From Escherichia coli (lineage in GTDB: Bacteria > Pseudomonadota > Gammaproteobacteria > Enterobacterales > Enterobacteriaceae), in the NCBI RefSeq assembly GCF_044647545.1, contig NZ_CP172818.1: a stretch of 64,000 bases of DNA. One strand, 5' to 3'. The notes below the pieces were generated by a model. That model was not told the origin of the DNA and ran no database searches. It worked only from the letters and a program-made list of their open reading frames with translations. Positions 10,532 through 20,076 of this stretch are shown here, piece by piece (position 1 is the stretch's first letter; each line of letters opens with the position of its first letter). The translations under genes and the position numbers were made by a program.

Positions 10532-10800
10532 AACCTTTGATAGTGGGTGGGATACGGTGAAGGACCCCCCTGAAGGAGGGGAAAAATTGGGGTTCGCGCC
10601 GGGTTGTAAAGAATAATTAAAAATGGAATGGAAAAAAAAGGGTTAGACCGGGTCGGAGAAATTTTCTTTTGGGGGGGTCACACACCCCCGTATTTTAAAT
10701 TCGACAAGGGGAAATCTCAATTTTTTATATATAAATAAATATAATATTATGGGCGCATATGGAGGTTCATATAATAAATATAAAAAATTAAAATACACAT
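10532..10800. repeat. Low-complexity, homopolymer-rich block (probable sequence artifact or insertion)
   Basis: Runs such as gaaggacccccctgaaggaggggaaaaattgggg, tttgggggggtcacacacccccg and AT-only stretches; composition unlike flanking E. coli DNA; no coding or RNA signature. Confidence 0.6.
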
Positions 10801-10820
10801 AGGCTTTATAGTAATAAAAA

Positions 10821-10850
10821 CAGATGGCGACAAATTGACGCCGCCATCTG
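10821..10850 (-). terminator. Probable rho-independent terminator downstream of asmA
   Basis: Inverted repeat cagatggcg...cgccatctg followed by a T-run on the minus strand (+ strand aaaaa at 10816-10820). Confidence 0.5.
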
Positions 10851-10861
10851 CATAACTTGTC

Positions 10862-12715
10862 TTACATCTTCTCCAGCAACTTCTTCACATCTTTGCCATT
10901 GCGGGAATCTTTATTCCGCTCGGCCCAGTCATTCAGGCGACGTTTCGCTTCGTCCTGTAGATGTTTGCGCAGTAACTGATCCACTTGCAGGCTGTAATTG
11001 AGTTGCTGCCAGTTGCCATAAACCCGCAGCGGTACTGGCGTTTCTTTGAGGAAATCAATCAGTTTGCTTTCTCCGTTCCAGCCACCAATCACACGAATGT
11101 CAAACTGGGTGTCGCAGGTTTGATCTGCCAGATTCAACATGCCTTCCCCTGTCAGCGCCAGCACTGGCGATTGACCTTGCATGTCGTTTAACGTCACGAC
11201 GCCATCCTTCAACGTCAAATCGGTGGTAAAGCGGTCAAGACGCGTTACGTTATCGAAGTTTTCAGCGGCCTTCACATCACCACCATTACGTTCTACCGCT
11301 TGCTGAATCATCTGCTGGAAGTTCATCCCTTCCATGCGCGTGTCGGTCATTTCGACATGTGCCTGTCCTTGCCAGTTATGGCGGAATGCGTCGGCATCTA
11401 TGTCAGCACCGGAGAAATCACCAGCCAGTGACATCTTTCCGGTCAACGAAATCGGATAGTTAAACGCCTTCAGAATGGTACCAATCTCAACGTTTTCCAG
11501 CCGTGGCTGGAAGTTTATCCGCGGATTTATTGATGTCGCGTCCAGCGTGCCCGGCAGCGAAACCTGTCCACCGTTAAGCTTGCCCTGCAGTTGAGTAATT
11601 TCCAGCAAACCCGACTTGTTGGTCATTTGCGTGGCAACGTCTGTAAAATTCATTCCGCGCCAGCGCACGTTACTGGCCTGCAACAAAATATCAGCCGTAA
11701 AGCCTTGCAATCCCTGATAGGCCGGTTCATCAATACGCGAAGAAATGACCGGGCGCGGCAACGTGGATTGGCTCTGCCCTTGCTGCGCGGCACCGTTTTC
11801 ACCGTTCGCTGTTTCTTTAAGCGGGATGAGGTTGTCAAGATTCAGTTGCGGGAATTGCAGTCTCAGCTGCCATTCCGGTTTCTCTGTCAGCGTGACCTGT
11901 GCTTGCCCGCTCAGCGTACTGTCATTGGCGGTCAAACTAATTTGGTTAAATGAAAGGCGTTTATGTGACTCCTGCCACTGGGCCTGGAAACTCCCCTGCC
12001 CCTGAATACCTTGTTTTGGTAAATCTGCACCCTGCAACTGCCAGTTAATTTGTTCAATAGCCGCCGTTAAATCATGCGGATAATCAGAAGCATCTACCGT
12101 ACCGTTAAGGGATATCGTGAGATCGCGCTGATCGCGATTAACCCGCCCGGAGAACTCAAATGAGCCACGATGTTGGGGATCTTGTTCCATTTGCAGGCGG
12201 ATATTGCGGATTGTCACCTGCTCGTCATCTTCATGCTGGAACACCAGCACGCTGTCCGCCACCTTAAGACTGGATATATCAAACGACCATCCGCGCTCGT
12301 CTGACAGATCCGGCAAGGTATTGTCGCGCGGTGCAACCGGAGCGTCTTCACTGCGCACTGCTTCCGTCTGCGGCGTCAGTTGGATCACTGCCCCTTTTAG
12401 CATCACCTGCTTAACGCTCAGTTGATGACTCAGTAGTGGTAAAAGCGCCACGTCCAGACGCATGTTGTCGGCGCGAACCAGTGGCTGGCTTGCGCCCTGG
12501 GCGGTGAGAGACATTCGCCCGGAGAGGATACTAAGCTGCGGCCAGACGTGCCAACGCAGTGGCCCGTCGAGCTGCAATTGATAACCGCTACGTGCAGCAA
12601 CTTGCTTGACCATATAGTCGCGGAAATCATTCGGATTCACCAGCAACACTAACGCAGATAACCCGGCCACCAGCACGACCAGGAGTATCATCAGCGTCGT
12701 CAGAAATCGTCTCAT
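10862..12715 (-). CDS. asmA: Outer membrane assembly protein AsmA
   Basis: 617-aa ORF with N-terminal membrane anchor (MRRFLTTLMILLVVLVAGLSALVLLVNPNDFRDY...). Confidence 0.9.
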   Translation of the reverse strand: MRRFLTTLMILLVVLVAGLSALVLLVNPNDFRDYMVKQVAARSGYQLQLDGPLRWHVWPQLSILSGRMSLTAQGASQPLVRADNMRLDVALLPLLSHQLSVKQVMLKGAVIQLTPQTEAVRSEDAPVAPRDNTLPDLSDERGWSFDISSLKVADSVLVFQHEDDEQVTIRNIRLQMEQDPQHRGSFEFSGRVNRDQRDLTISLNGTVDASDYPHDLTAAIEQINWQLQGADLPKQGIQGQGSFQAQWQESHKRLSFNQISLTANDSTLSGQAQVTLTEKPEWQLRLQFPQLNLDNLIPLKETANGENGAAQQGQSQSTLPRPVISSRIDEPAYQGLQGFTADILLQASNVRWRGMNFTDVATQMTNKSGLLEITQLQGKLNGGQVSLPGTLDATSINPRINFQPRLENVEIGTILKAFNYPISLTGKMSLAGDFSGADIDADAFRHNWQGQAHVEMTDTRMEGMNFQQMIQQAVERNGGDVKAAENFDNVTRLDRFTTDLTLKDGVVTLNDMQGQSPVLALTGEGMLNLADQTCDTQFDIRVIGGWNGESKLIDFLKETPVPLRVYGNWQQLNYSLQVDQLLRKHLQDEAKRRLNDWAERNKDSRNGKDVKKLLEKM

Positions 12716-12736
12716 GGTATCCTCAATGGGCCTGAA

Positions 12737-13318
12737 TTAGTCTTTATCGATTCGGCTGGCTACCGCGCCCTGCTGGTTGCGATATTTCGCATCTTCACGG
12801 CGGTTGTAAGGTCGCGCCGCCGGGCCGGAAAGCGGCTCAAAGCTCAGCGCACCAATTAACATGCCCGGACGCAGCGCCAGCGGCAGCTTACCGGAGTTGT
12901 AGAACTCCAGCACAATGCAGCCAGACCAGCCCGGATCGATGCGGTGCGCGGTGACGTGCACCATCAGCCCCAGACGCGCCAATGAGGAACGCCCGTCCAG
13001 CCATCCCACCAGATCGGCTGGCAGCGTCACCGACTCCAGCGTCACCGCCAGCGCCAGCTCTCCTGGATGAAGATAGAACGCCTCGCTTTCATCGAGAACG
13101 ATCTCATCGCTCATCACGCGGTCAAGCGCGGCGCTCACTTCATCTTTGGGACCGCTCAGATCGATAAACGCTGCCGTGTGACCACGGAAGGTACGAAATT
13201 TATTGCCCAGGCGCACATCCACCGTCGCGCCATTAATACGCTCCACTGGCGGACGTGGGTTGATCGACAAACGGCCTTCATCAAGCCAGGCTTCAATATC
13301 TCGGTCACACAGACGCAT
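12737..13318 (-). CDS. dcd: dCTP deaminase
   Basis: 193-aa [47 protein letters not shown]... Confidence 0.95.
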   Translation of the reverse strand: MRLCDRDIEAWLDEGRLSINPRPPVERINGATVDVRLGNKFRTFRGHTAAFIDLSGPKDEVSAALDRVMSDEIVLDESEAFYLHPGELALAVTLESVTLPADLVGWLDGRSSLARLGLMVHVTAHRIDPGWSGCIVLEFYNSGKLPLALRPGMLIGALSFEPLSGPAARPYNRREDAKYRNQQGAVASRIDKD

Positions 13319-13409
13319 GGCATTTTCTCCTTTCGTGCATCACTCCCTTAACGCCAATTACGTCAAGGGCATACCAGGTTATCACTGAACGGTACACAAT
13401 TTATCAAGC

Positions 13410-14051
13410 TTATTCAAAGAACTGACTTATTTTCGCTTTCAATATATCGATCGCGATGCGGTTTTTCCCGCCGCGCGGCACGATAATGTCCGCATATTGT
13501 TTAGAAGGCTCAATGAATTGCAGGAACATCGGGCGCACGGTTTTTTGATATTGCGCCATCACTGAATCCATTGAACGCCCACGCTCGTTAACGTCACGCT
13601 TGATGCGGCGCATCAGGCAGATATCCAGCGGGGTATCAACGAAAATGGAGAAGTTAAGTTCGTCACGCAAACGCGCATCTGTCAGCAACAAAATGCCTTC
13701 GAGAATGATGACCTTCTTCGGCTCAACCGTCACCGTTTCTTTCATACGCGTATGTTCAACATAGCTGTAAACCGGCAGGTCAATTGCCGAGCCGCGTTTC
13801 AACGCTTGTAAATGCTCAAGCAGCAGGCTGTGATCCATCGCGCTGGGATGGTCGTAGTTGGTCTTAACGCGTTCTTCCATCGACAGATGGCTTTGATCTT
13901 TGTAATAGCAGTCTTCGGGAATTACGCCGATGTGTTCATCACCGACTTGCTCACGTAATTCACGATAAAGGGTACTGGCAATAAGACTCTTGCCGGAAGC
14001 CGATGCGCCAGCGATACCGATAATGACGCACTGATGAGACTGATCAGTCAT
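13410..14051 (-). CDS. udk: Uridine/cytidine kinase
   Basis: ORF 13410..14114; start taken at [23 protein letters not shown] (Walker A), 213 aa; ATG confirmed at 14049-14051. Confidence 0.9.
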
Positions 14052-14368
14052 ATATTTAGCGACCTGATTAACCTGGATGTTAGGAAGGGGGCGACGAAGC
14101 GCCAAACGCGGCAATTATAGGGATTTCATCCGCCTGATACCAGTCGAATAGCGTTGCCGCGCGCTCAGAGTTAATTGTTGACGAAGAATTCCCGGTGGCA
14201 AATTACGTTGATCAGTTTTATACAAGGTAAAAATTGTTATACGCAGTTGCGCAAATTATCCGCCTTTACGTCACTTTATGAGCAATTCGCATATAAAATG
14301 TAAAACTTTTGTACTAGCATAAACACAGAAACGAATACTGGCGACCTGGCCTTGCGGATAAAGCGGTA

Positions 14369-17300
14369 ATGAGCAAACAATCACAGCATGTATTAATTGC
14401 CCTGCCCCACCCGCTGCTTCACCTGGTCAGTTTAGGTTTAGTCTCGTTTATCTTCACCCTTTTCTCACTTGAGCTTTCGCAGTTTGGCACCCAACTCGCC
14501 CCACTGTGGTTCCCGACGTCCATCATGATGGTGGCGTTTTATCGCCATGCCGGGCGCATGTGGCCGGGGATTGCGCTGAGCTGCTCGCTGGGAAATATCG
14601 CCGCATCCATCCTGCTTTTTTCCACCAGCTCGCTGAACATGACCTGGACGACCATCAATATTGTTGAAGCCGTGGTCGGGGCAGTGCTACTGCGTAAATT
14701 GCTGCCGTGGTATAACCCATTGCAAAATCTGGCTGACTGGCTGCGTCTGGCACTCGGCAGCGCCATTGTTCCACCTCTGTTAGGGGGTGTTCTGGTTATC
14801 CTGCTGACGCCCGGAGACGATCCTCTCAGGGCATTTTTGATATGGGTACTGTCAGAATCCATCGGCGCACTGGCACTGGTGCCGCTGGGATTGTTATTTA
14901 AACCACACTATCTGCTGCGCCATCGCAACCCACGGTTGCTTTTTGAGTCGCTGCTCACGTTAGCCATCACACTGACGTTAAGCTGGCTTTCGATGCTGTA
15001 TCTGCCGTGGCCTTTTACTTTCATTATTGTGCTGTTGATGTGGAGCGCCGTGCGCCTGCCACGAATGGAAGCCTTTTTGATCTTCCTTACCACGGTGATG
15101 ATGGTGTCACTGATGATGGCCGCTGATCCCTCCCTGCTTGCTACGCCGCGTACATACCTGATGAGCCATATGCCGTGGCTACCGTTTTTGCTGATCCTGC
15201 TGCCCGCCAACATCATGACCATGGTGATGTATGCCTTTCGTGCGGAACGCAAACACATTTCCGAAAGCGAAACCCGTTTTCGTAATGCCATGGAATATTC
15301 CGCCATCGGCATGGCATTAGTGGGCACCGAGGGGCAATGGCTGCAATCCAACAAAGCACTCTGCCAGTTTCTCGGTTACAGTCAGGAAGAACTGCGCGGA
15401 CTCACCTTTCAGCAACTGACCTGGCCGGAGGATCTCAATAAAGATCTGCAACAGGTTGAAAAGCTGATCAGCGGTGAAATAAACACCTATTCAATGGAAA
15501 AACGCTACTACAACCGCAATGGCGATGTTGTCTGGGCGTTGCTTGCCGTCTCACTGGTGCGCCACACCGATGGTACGCCGCTCTATTTTATCGCTCAGAT
15601 TGAAGACATTAACGAGCTAAAACGCACCGAACAGGTGAATCAGCAACTGATGGAGCGCATCACGCTGGCTAACGAAGCGGGCGGGATTGGCATCTGGGAG
15701 TGGGAGCTTAAGCCGAATATTTTTAGCTGGGATAAGCGGATGTTCGAGCTGTATGAAATTCCTCCGCATATCAAACCGAACTGGCAGGTGTGGTACGAGT
15801 GCGTGCTGCCGGAAGATCGCCAGCATGCCGAAAAAGTGATTCGCGATTCATTGCAATCGCGCTCTCCCTTTAAACTGGAATTTCGCATTGCCGTGAAAGA
15901 TGGCATCCGCCATATCCGCGCCCTCGCCAACCGGGTACTGAATAAAGAAGGCGAAGTCGAACGTCTGCTCGGCATTAATATGGATATGACCGAGGTTAAA
16001 CAGCTTAACGAGGCATTGTTTCAGGAAAAAGAGCGCCTGCACATTACGCTTGATTCCATCGGTGAAGCCGTGGTCTGTATTGATATGGCGATGAAAATTA
16101 CCTTTATGAATCCGGTGGCGGAGAAGATGAGCGGCTGGACGCAGGAAGAAGCGTTAGGTGTTCCACTCCTGACGGTGTTGCATATTACTTTTGGCGACAA
16201 CGGACCATTAATGGAGAACATTTACAGTGCCGACACCTCACGTTCCGCGATTGAACAAGATGTGGTGTTGCACTGCCGAAGCGGCGGCAGCTACGACGTG
16301 CATTACAGTATTACGCCGTTAAGTACTCTGGATGGCAGCAATATTGGTTCGGTTCTGGTGATTCAGGACGTCACCGAATCGCGCAAAATGCTGCGCCAGC
16401 TGAGCTACAGCGCCTCCCATGATGCACTGACGCATCTCGCCAATCGAGCCAGTTTTGAGAAGCAACTACGCATCCTGCTGCAAACGGTAAACAGTACACA
16501 TCAGCGACATGCACTGGTGTTTATCGATCTTGATCGCTTTAAAGCGGTGAATGACAGCGCCGGGCACGCCGCTGGCGACGCTTTACTGCGCGAACTGGCG
16601 TCATTGATGCTGAGTATGCTGCGCTCCAGCGACGTGCTGGCGCGACTCGGTGGCGATGAATTTGGTCTGCTGCTGCCAGATTGTAATGTCGAAAGTGCGC
16701 GTTTTATCGCTACACGCATTATCAGCGCCGTGAATGACTATCACTTTATCTGGGAAGGACGAGTACATCGGGTAGGTGCCAGTGCCGGGATTACCTTGAT
16801 TGATGACAACAATCATCAGGCGGCTGAAGTGATGTCGCAGGCTGATATCGCCTGTTATGCCTCCAAAAATGGTGGACGGGGCCGGGTGACGGTTTACGAA
16901 CCGCAGCAAGCTGCCACAAATAGCGAACGGGCGGTGATGTCGCTTGATGAACAGTGGCGGATGATTAAAGAGAATCAGTTGATGATGATCGCCCACGGTG
17001 TCGCTTCGCCGCGGATCCCGCAAGCGCGTAATTTGTGGCTGATTTCACTTAAGCTCTGGAGTTGCGAAGGCGAGATTATTGATGAACAAACATTTCGTCG
17101 TAGCTTCAGCGATCCGGCACTTAGCCATGCTCTTGACCGACGGGTATTCCACGATTTTTTCCAGCAGACCGCAAAAGCGATTGCCAGTAAAGGCTTAAGC
17201 ATCGCCCTCCCCCTTTCCGTTGCCGGTTTGAGTAGCGCCACGCTGGTGAATGAACTACTTGAGCAGCTGGAAAATAGCCCTCTACCACCACGGTTATTAC

Positions 17301-17686
17301 ATCTGATTATTCCGGCAGACGCGATTTTAGATCACGCAGAAAGCGTGCAAAAACTGCGGCTGGCGGGATGTCGGATCGTATTCAGTCAGGTGGGCCGCGA
17401 TCTGCAAATCTTCAACTCGTTGAAAGCAAATATGGCAGATTACCTGCTACTTGATGGTGAGTTATGCGCCAACGTGCAGGGAAATTTGATGGATGAGATG
17501 CTGATTACGATCATTCAGGGGCACGCTCAGCGACTCGGGATGAAAACCATCGCCGGGCCAGTCGTTTTACCCTTAGTGATGGATACGCTTTCTGGCATCG
17601 GCGTCGATCTGATTTATGGCGATGTGATTGCCGATGCCCAACCGCTGGATTTGCTGGTGAATAGCAGTTATTTCGCGATTAACTAA
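14369..17686 (+). CDS. dgcE: Diguanylate cyclase DgcE (YegE): membrane MASE1 domain, PAS domains, GGDEF, degenerate EAL
   Basis: 1105-aa ORF; hydrophobic N-terminus, PAS-like repeats, GGDEF motif (RLGGDEFGLLL), C-terminal EAL-like region. Confidence 0.9.
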   Translation: MSKQSQHVLIALPHPLLHLVSLGLVSFIFTLFSLELSQFGTQLAPLWFPTSIMMVAFYRHAGRMWPGIALSCSLGNIAASILLFSTSSLNMTWTTINIVEAVVGAVLLRKLLPWYNPLQNLADWLRLALGSAIVPPLLGGVLVILLTPGDDPLRAFLIWVLSESIGALALVPLGLLFKPHYLLRHRNPRLLFESLLTLAITLTLSWLSMLYLPWPFTFIIVLLMWSAVRLPRMEAFLIFLTTVMMVSLMMAADPSLLATPRTYLMSHMPWLPFLLILLPANIMTMVMYAFRAERKHISESETRFRNAMEYSAIGMALVGTEGQWLQSNKALCQFLGYSQEELRGLTFQQLTWPEDLNKDLQQVEKLISGEINTYSMEKRYYNRNGDVVWALLAVSLVRHTDGTPLYFIAQIEDINELKRTEQVNQQLMERITLANEAGGIGIWEWELKPNIFSWDKRMFELYEIPPHIKPNWQVWYECVLPEDRQHAEKVIRDSLQSRSPFKLEFRIAVKDGIRHIRALANRVLNKEGEVERLLGINMDMTEVKQLNEALFQEKERLHITLDSIGEAVVCIDMAMKITFMNPVAEKMSGWTQEEALGVPLLTVLHITFGDNGPLMENIYSADTSRSAIEQDVVLHCRSGGSYDVHYSITPLSTLDGSNIGSVLVIQDVTESRKMLRQLSYSASHDALTHLANRASFEKQLRILLQTVNSTHQRHALVFIDLDRFKAVNDSAGHAAGDALLRELASLMLSMLRSSDVLARLGGDEFGLLLPDCNVESARFIATRIISAVNDYHFIWEGRVHRVGASAGITLIDDNNHQAAEVMSQADIACYASKNGGRGRVTVYEPQQAATNSERAVMSLDEQWRMIKENQLMMIAHGVASPRIPQARNLWLISLKLWSCEGEIIDEQTFRRSFSDPALSHALDRRVFHDFFQQTAKAIASKGLSIALPLSVAGLSSATLVNELLEQLENSPLPPRLLHLIIPADAILDHAESVQKLRLAGCRIVFSQVGRDLQIFNSLKANMADYLLLDGELCANVQGNLMDEMLITIIQGHAQRLGMKTIAGPVVLPLVMDTLSGIGVDLIYGDVIADAQPLDLLVNSSYFAIN

Positions 17687-17702
17687 GGCGTGCTTCCCCA
17701 TC

Positions 17703-17723
17703 GCCTGATGCGACGTATCAGGC
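17703..17723. terminator. Hairpin / REP-like palindrome between convergent dgcE and alkA (possible bidirectional terminator)
   Basis: gcctgatgcgacgtatcaggc forms a perfect 8-bp stem around a short loop; sits in the 37-bp gap between the two stop codons. Confidence 0.45.
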
Positions 17724-18578
17724 CTACAATTCGGCTTCGTCTGGTTGCCAGCCTTCCGTATACCAGATATGCAACAGCGCATAAGAACGCCAGGGCTTCC
17801 AGCGTTCGGCATAACGGCGGATTTGTGCCGGTGTCATTCCCGGAAATCGCTGTTTAATCAGATAATCATCCGGCAGGAAAACATCTTTCGCCTGCCAGCC
17901 GCGCAAGGCGAAATAATTCGCCGTCCAGCGCCCGATACCCGGAAAAGTTTGAAGCGTTTTCATCGCTTGCTCTACGTCGCCCGGAATTGTCATTGATAAG
18001 GTGCCCTCCAGCGCCGCATTTGCCAGATGAATCAGTGCCTCTGCCCGTTTCAACGGCATACCTAACGCTTTTAATGCCTGCGGGTCGGCTGCAGCCAGCC
18101 GCTGAGGCGTGGGGAAGCAGACATAATCCGGAAAATCATCCAGCCGTTCGCCATAAAGCTGTGCCACTCTGGCGGTCAATTTTGCCGCCATCGCCACGCT
18201 CACCAGTTGGCCTAAAATCGCCCGCACGCCCTGCTCAAAAACATCAACACAACCAGGTAAACGCAATCCGGGCCGCGCTGCGCCTAACTCGCCCAACGCC
18301 CCATTAACAATCTGCGGGTTACATTGCAGATCAAACAGGCGGCTCATTTTCGCCAGACACTCAGCGGCAACAGGTTCTAAACCTGCACTTAAATTTATGT
18401 GCAGAGTATGGCTGGCTATATCCGGAATAGCAGTCACCACGCCGCGATATTCGCCCACCGCCAGACTACGGGCATAATAATCGTCAGCGACCGTTTCCAC
18501 ACCGTTCACCGCACGGGCGGCGAGAAATCCCAACATCCACGACCAGTCATATGGCGGCTGCCAGTTCAGGGTATACAT
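17724..18578 (-). CDS. alkA: 3-methyladenine DNA glycosylase II
   Basis: 284-aa ORF MYTLNWQPPYDWSWMLGFLAARAV... with helix-hairpin-helix glycosylase core. Confidence 0.9.
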   Translation of the reverse strand: MYTLNWQPPYDWSWMLGFLAARAVNGVETVADDYYARSLAVGEYRGVVTAIPDIASHTLHINLSAGLEPVAAECLAKMSRLFDLQCNPQIVNGALGELGAARPGLRLPGCVDVFEQGVRAILGQLVSVAMAAKLTARVAQLYGERLDDFPDYVCFPTPQRLAAADPQALKALGMPLKRAEALIHLANAALEGTLSMTIPGDVEQAMKTLQTFPGIGRWTANYFALRGWQAKDVFLPDDYLIKQRFPGMTPAQIRRYAERWKPWRSYALLHIWYTEGWQPDEAEL

Positions 18579-18627
18579 CGCATCTCCTTTTTAATCCGCT
18601 TTCAGCATAAACGTTATTCAGACGCTA

Positions 18628-18640
18628 CGCTTTGCTTTCA
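18628..18640 (-). promoter_or_regulatory. Probable Ada box of the alkA promoter
   Basis: Minus-strand GAAAGCAAAGCG upstream of alkA resembles the Ada-binding AAAGC(A/G)AA motif. Confidence 0.45.
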
Positions 18641-18711
18641 TATTCCGGTTGTCGCGACGGCAACATTTCGCTAAAGTCTCGCCCCTTCTTCACCGGCATG
18701 GGGATTATTTC

Positions 18712-20064
18712 GTGTTTATTGGTTTTGATTACGGTACAGCAAACTGTTCAGTGGCGGTCATGCGCGACGGTAAGCCGCAATTACTGAAAATGGAAAACGA
18801 CAGCACGCTGCTGCCTTCAATGCTTTGCGCGCCAACGCGTGAAGCGGTAAGCGAATGGCTGTACCGCTATCATGATGTTCCGGCAGACGACGATGAAACG
18901 CAGGCGCTGCTGCGTCGGGCGATTCGTTATAACCGCGAAGAAGATATCGATGTTACGGCGAAAAGCGTGCAGTTCGGTCTTTCCTCACTGGCACAGTACA
19001 TTGATGATCCAGAAGAAGTGTGGTTTGTGAAATCACCAAAATCGTTCCTCGGTGCCAGCGGCTTAAAACCGCAGCAGGTAGCGCTGTTTGAGGATCTGGT
19101 CTGCGCAATGATGTTGCACATTCGCCAGCAGGCACAGGCGCAATTGCCAGAAGCGATTACCCAGGCGGTGATTGGTCGCCCGATCAACTTCCAGGGGCTG
19201 GGCGGCGATGAAGCAAACGCCCAGGCACAAGGGATTCTGGAGCGCGCAGCGAAGCGTGCCGGGTTTAAGGACGTGGTATTCCAGTACGAGCCGGTGGCGG
19301 CTGGGCTGGATTACGAAGCCACCTTGCAGGAAGAAAAACGGGTGCTGGTGGTGGATATTGGTGGTGGTACGACTGACTGTTCTTTACTGCTAATGGGGCC
19401 ACAGTGGCGTTCGCGCCTCGATCGTGAAGCCAGCCTGCTGGGTCACAGTGGTTGCCGTATTGGCGGTAACGATCTGGATATCGCACTGGCGTTTAAAAAC
19501 CTGATGCCGTTACTGGGCATGGGTGGCGAAACCGAAAAAGGCATCGCCCTGCCGATTCTGCCGTGGTGGAATGCGGTTGCCATCAACGACGTCCCTGCGC
19601 AAAGTGATTTCTACAGTAGTGCCAATGGTCGTCTGCTTAACGATCTGGTACGCGATGCCCGCGAACCGGAAAAAGTGGCCCTGTTACAGAAAGTCTGGCG
19701 TCAGCGTTTAAGCTATCGCCTGGTGCGCAGCGCGGAAGAGAGCAAAATCGCCCTTTCCAGCGCAGCGGAAACCCGCGCATCGCTGCCGTTTATCAGCGAT
19801 GAACTGGCAACGCTGATTAGCCAACAGGGGCTGGAAAACGCCCTCAGTCAGCCGCTGGCGCGAATTCTGGAACAGGTGCAACTGGCGCTGGATAACGCCC
19901 AGGAAAAACCGGATGTCATCTATCTGACTGGTGGTAGCGCCCGATCGCCGCTGATTAAAAAAGCGCTGGCAGAACAGTTGCCGGGCATTCCGATTGCAGG
20001 CGGCGATGACTTTGGCTCCGTCACCGCCGGGCTGGCACGCTGGGCGGAAGTGGTATTTCGTTAA
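18712..20064 (+). CDS. yegD: Hsp70-family (actin-like ATPase) protein YegD
   Basis: ORF 18649..20064; GTG start at 18712 (VFIGFDYGTANCSVAV...) gives the expected 450 aa; DxG phosphate-1 motif of the Hsp70/actin fold. Confidence 0.85.
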   Translation: MFIGFDYGTANCSVAVMRDGKPQLLKMENDSTLLPSMLCAPTREAVSEWLYRYHDVPADDDETQALLRRAIRYNREEDIDVTAKSVQFGLSSLAQYIDDPEEVWFVKSPKSFLGASGLKPQQVALFEDLVCAMMLHIRQQAQAQLPEAITQAVIGRPINFQGLGGDEANAQAQGILERAAKRAGFKDVVFQYEPVAAGLDYEATLQEEKRVLVVDIGGGTTDCSLLLMGPQWRSRLDREASLLGHSGCRIGGNDLDIALAFKNLMPLLGMGGETEKGIALPILPWWNAVAINDVPAQSDFYSSANGRLLNDLVRDAREPEKVALLQKVWRQRLSYRLVRSAEESKIALSSAAETRASLPFISDELATLISQQGLENALSQPLARILEQVQLALDNAQEKPDVIYLTGGSARSPLIKKALAEQLPGIPIAGGDDFGSVTAGLARWAEVVFR

Positions 20065-20076
20065 TTGAAAAATGGC

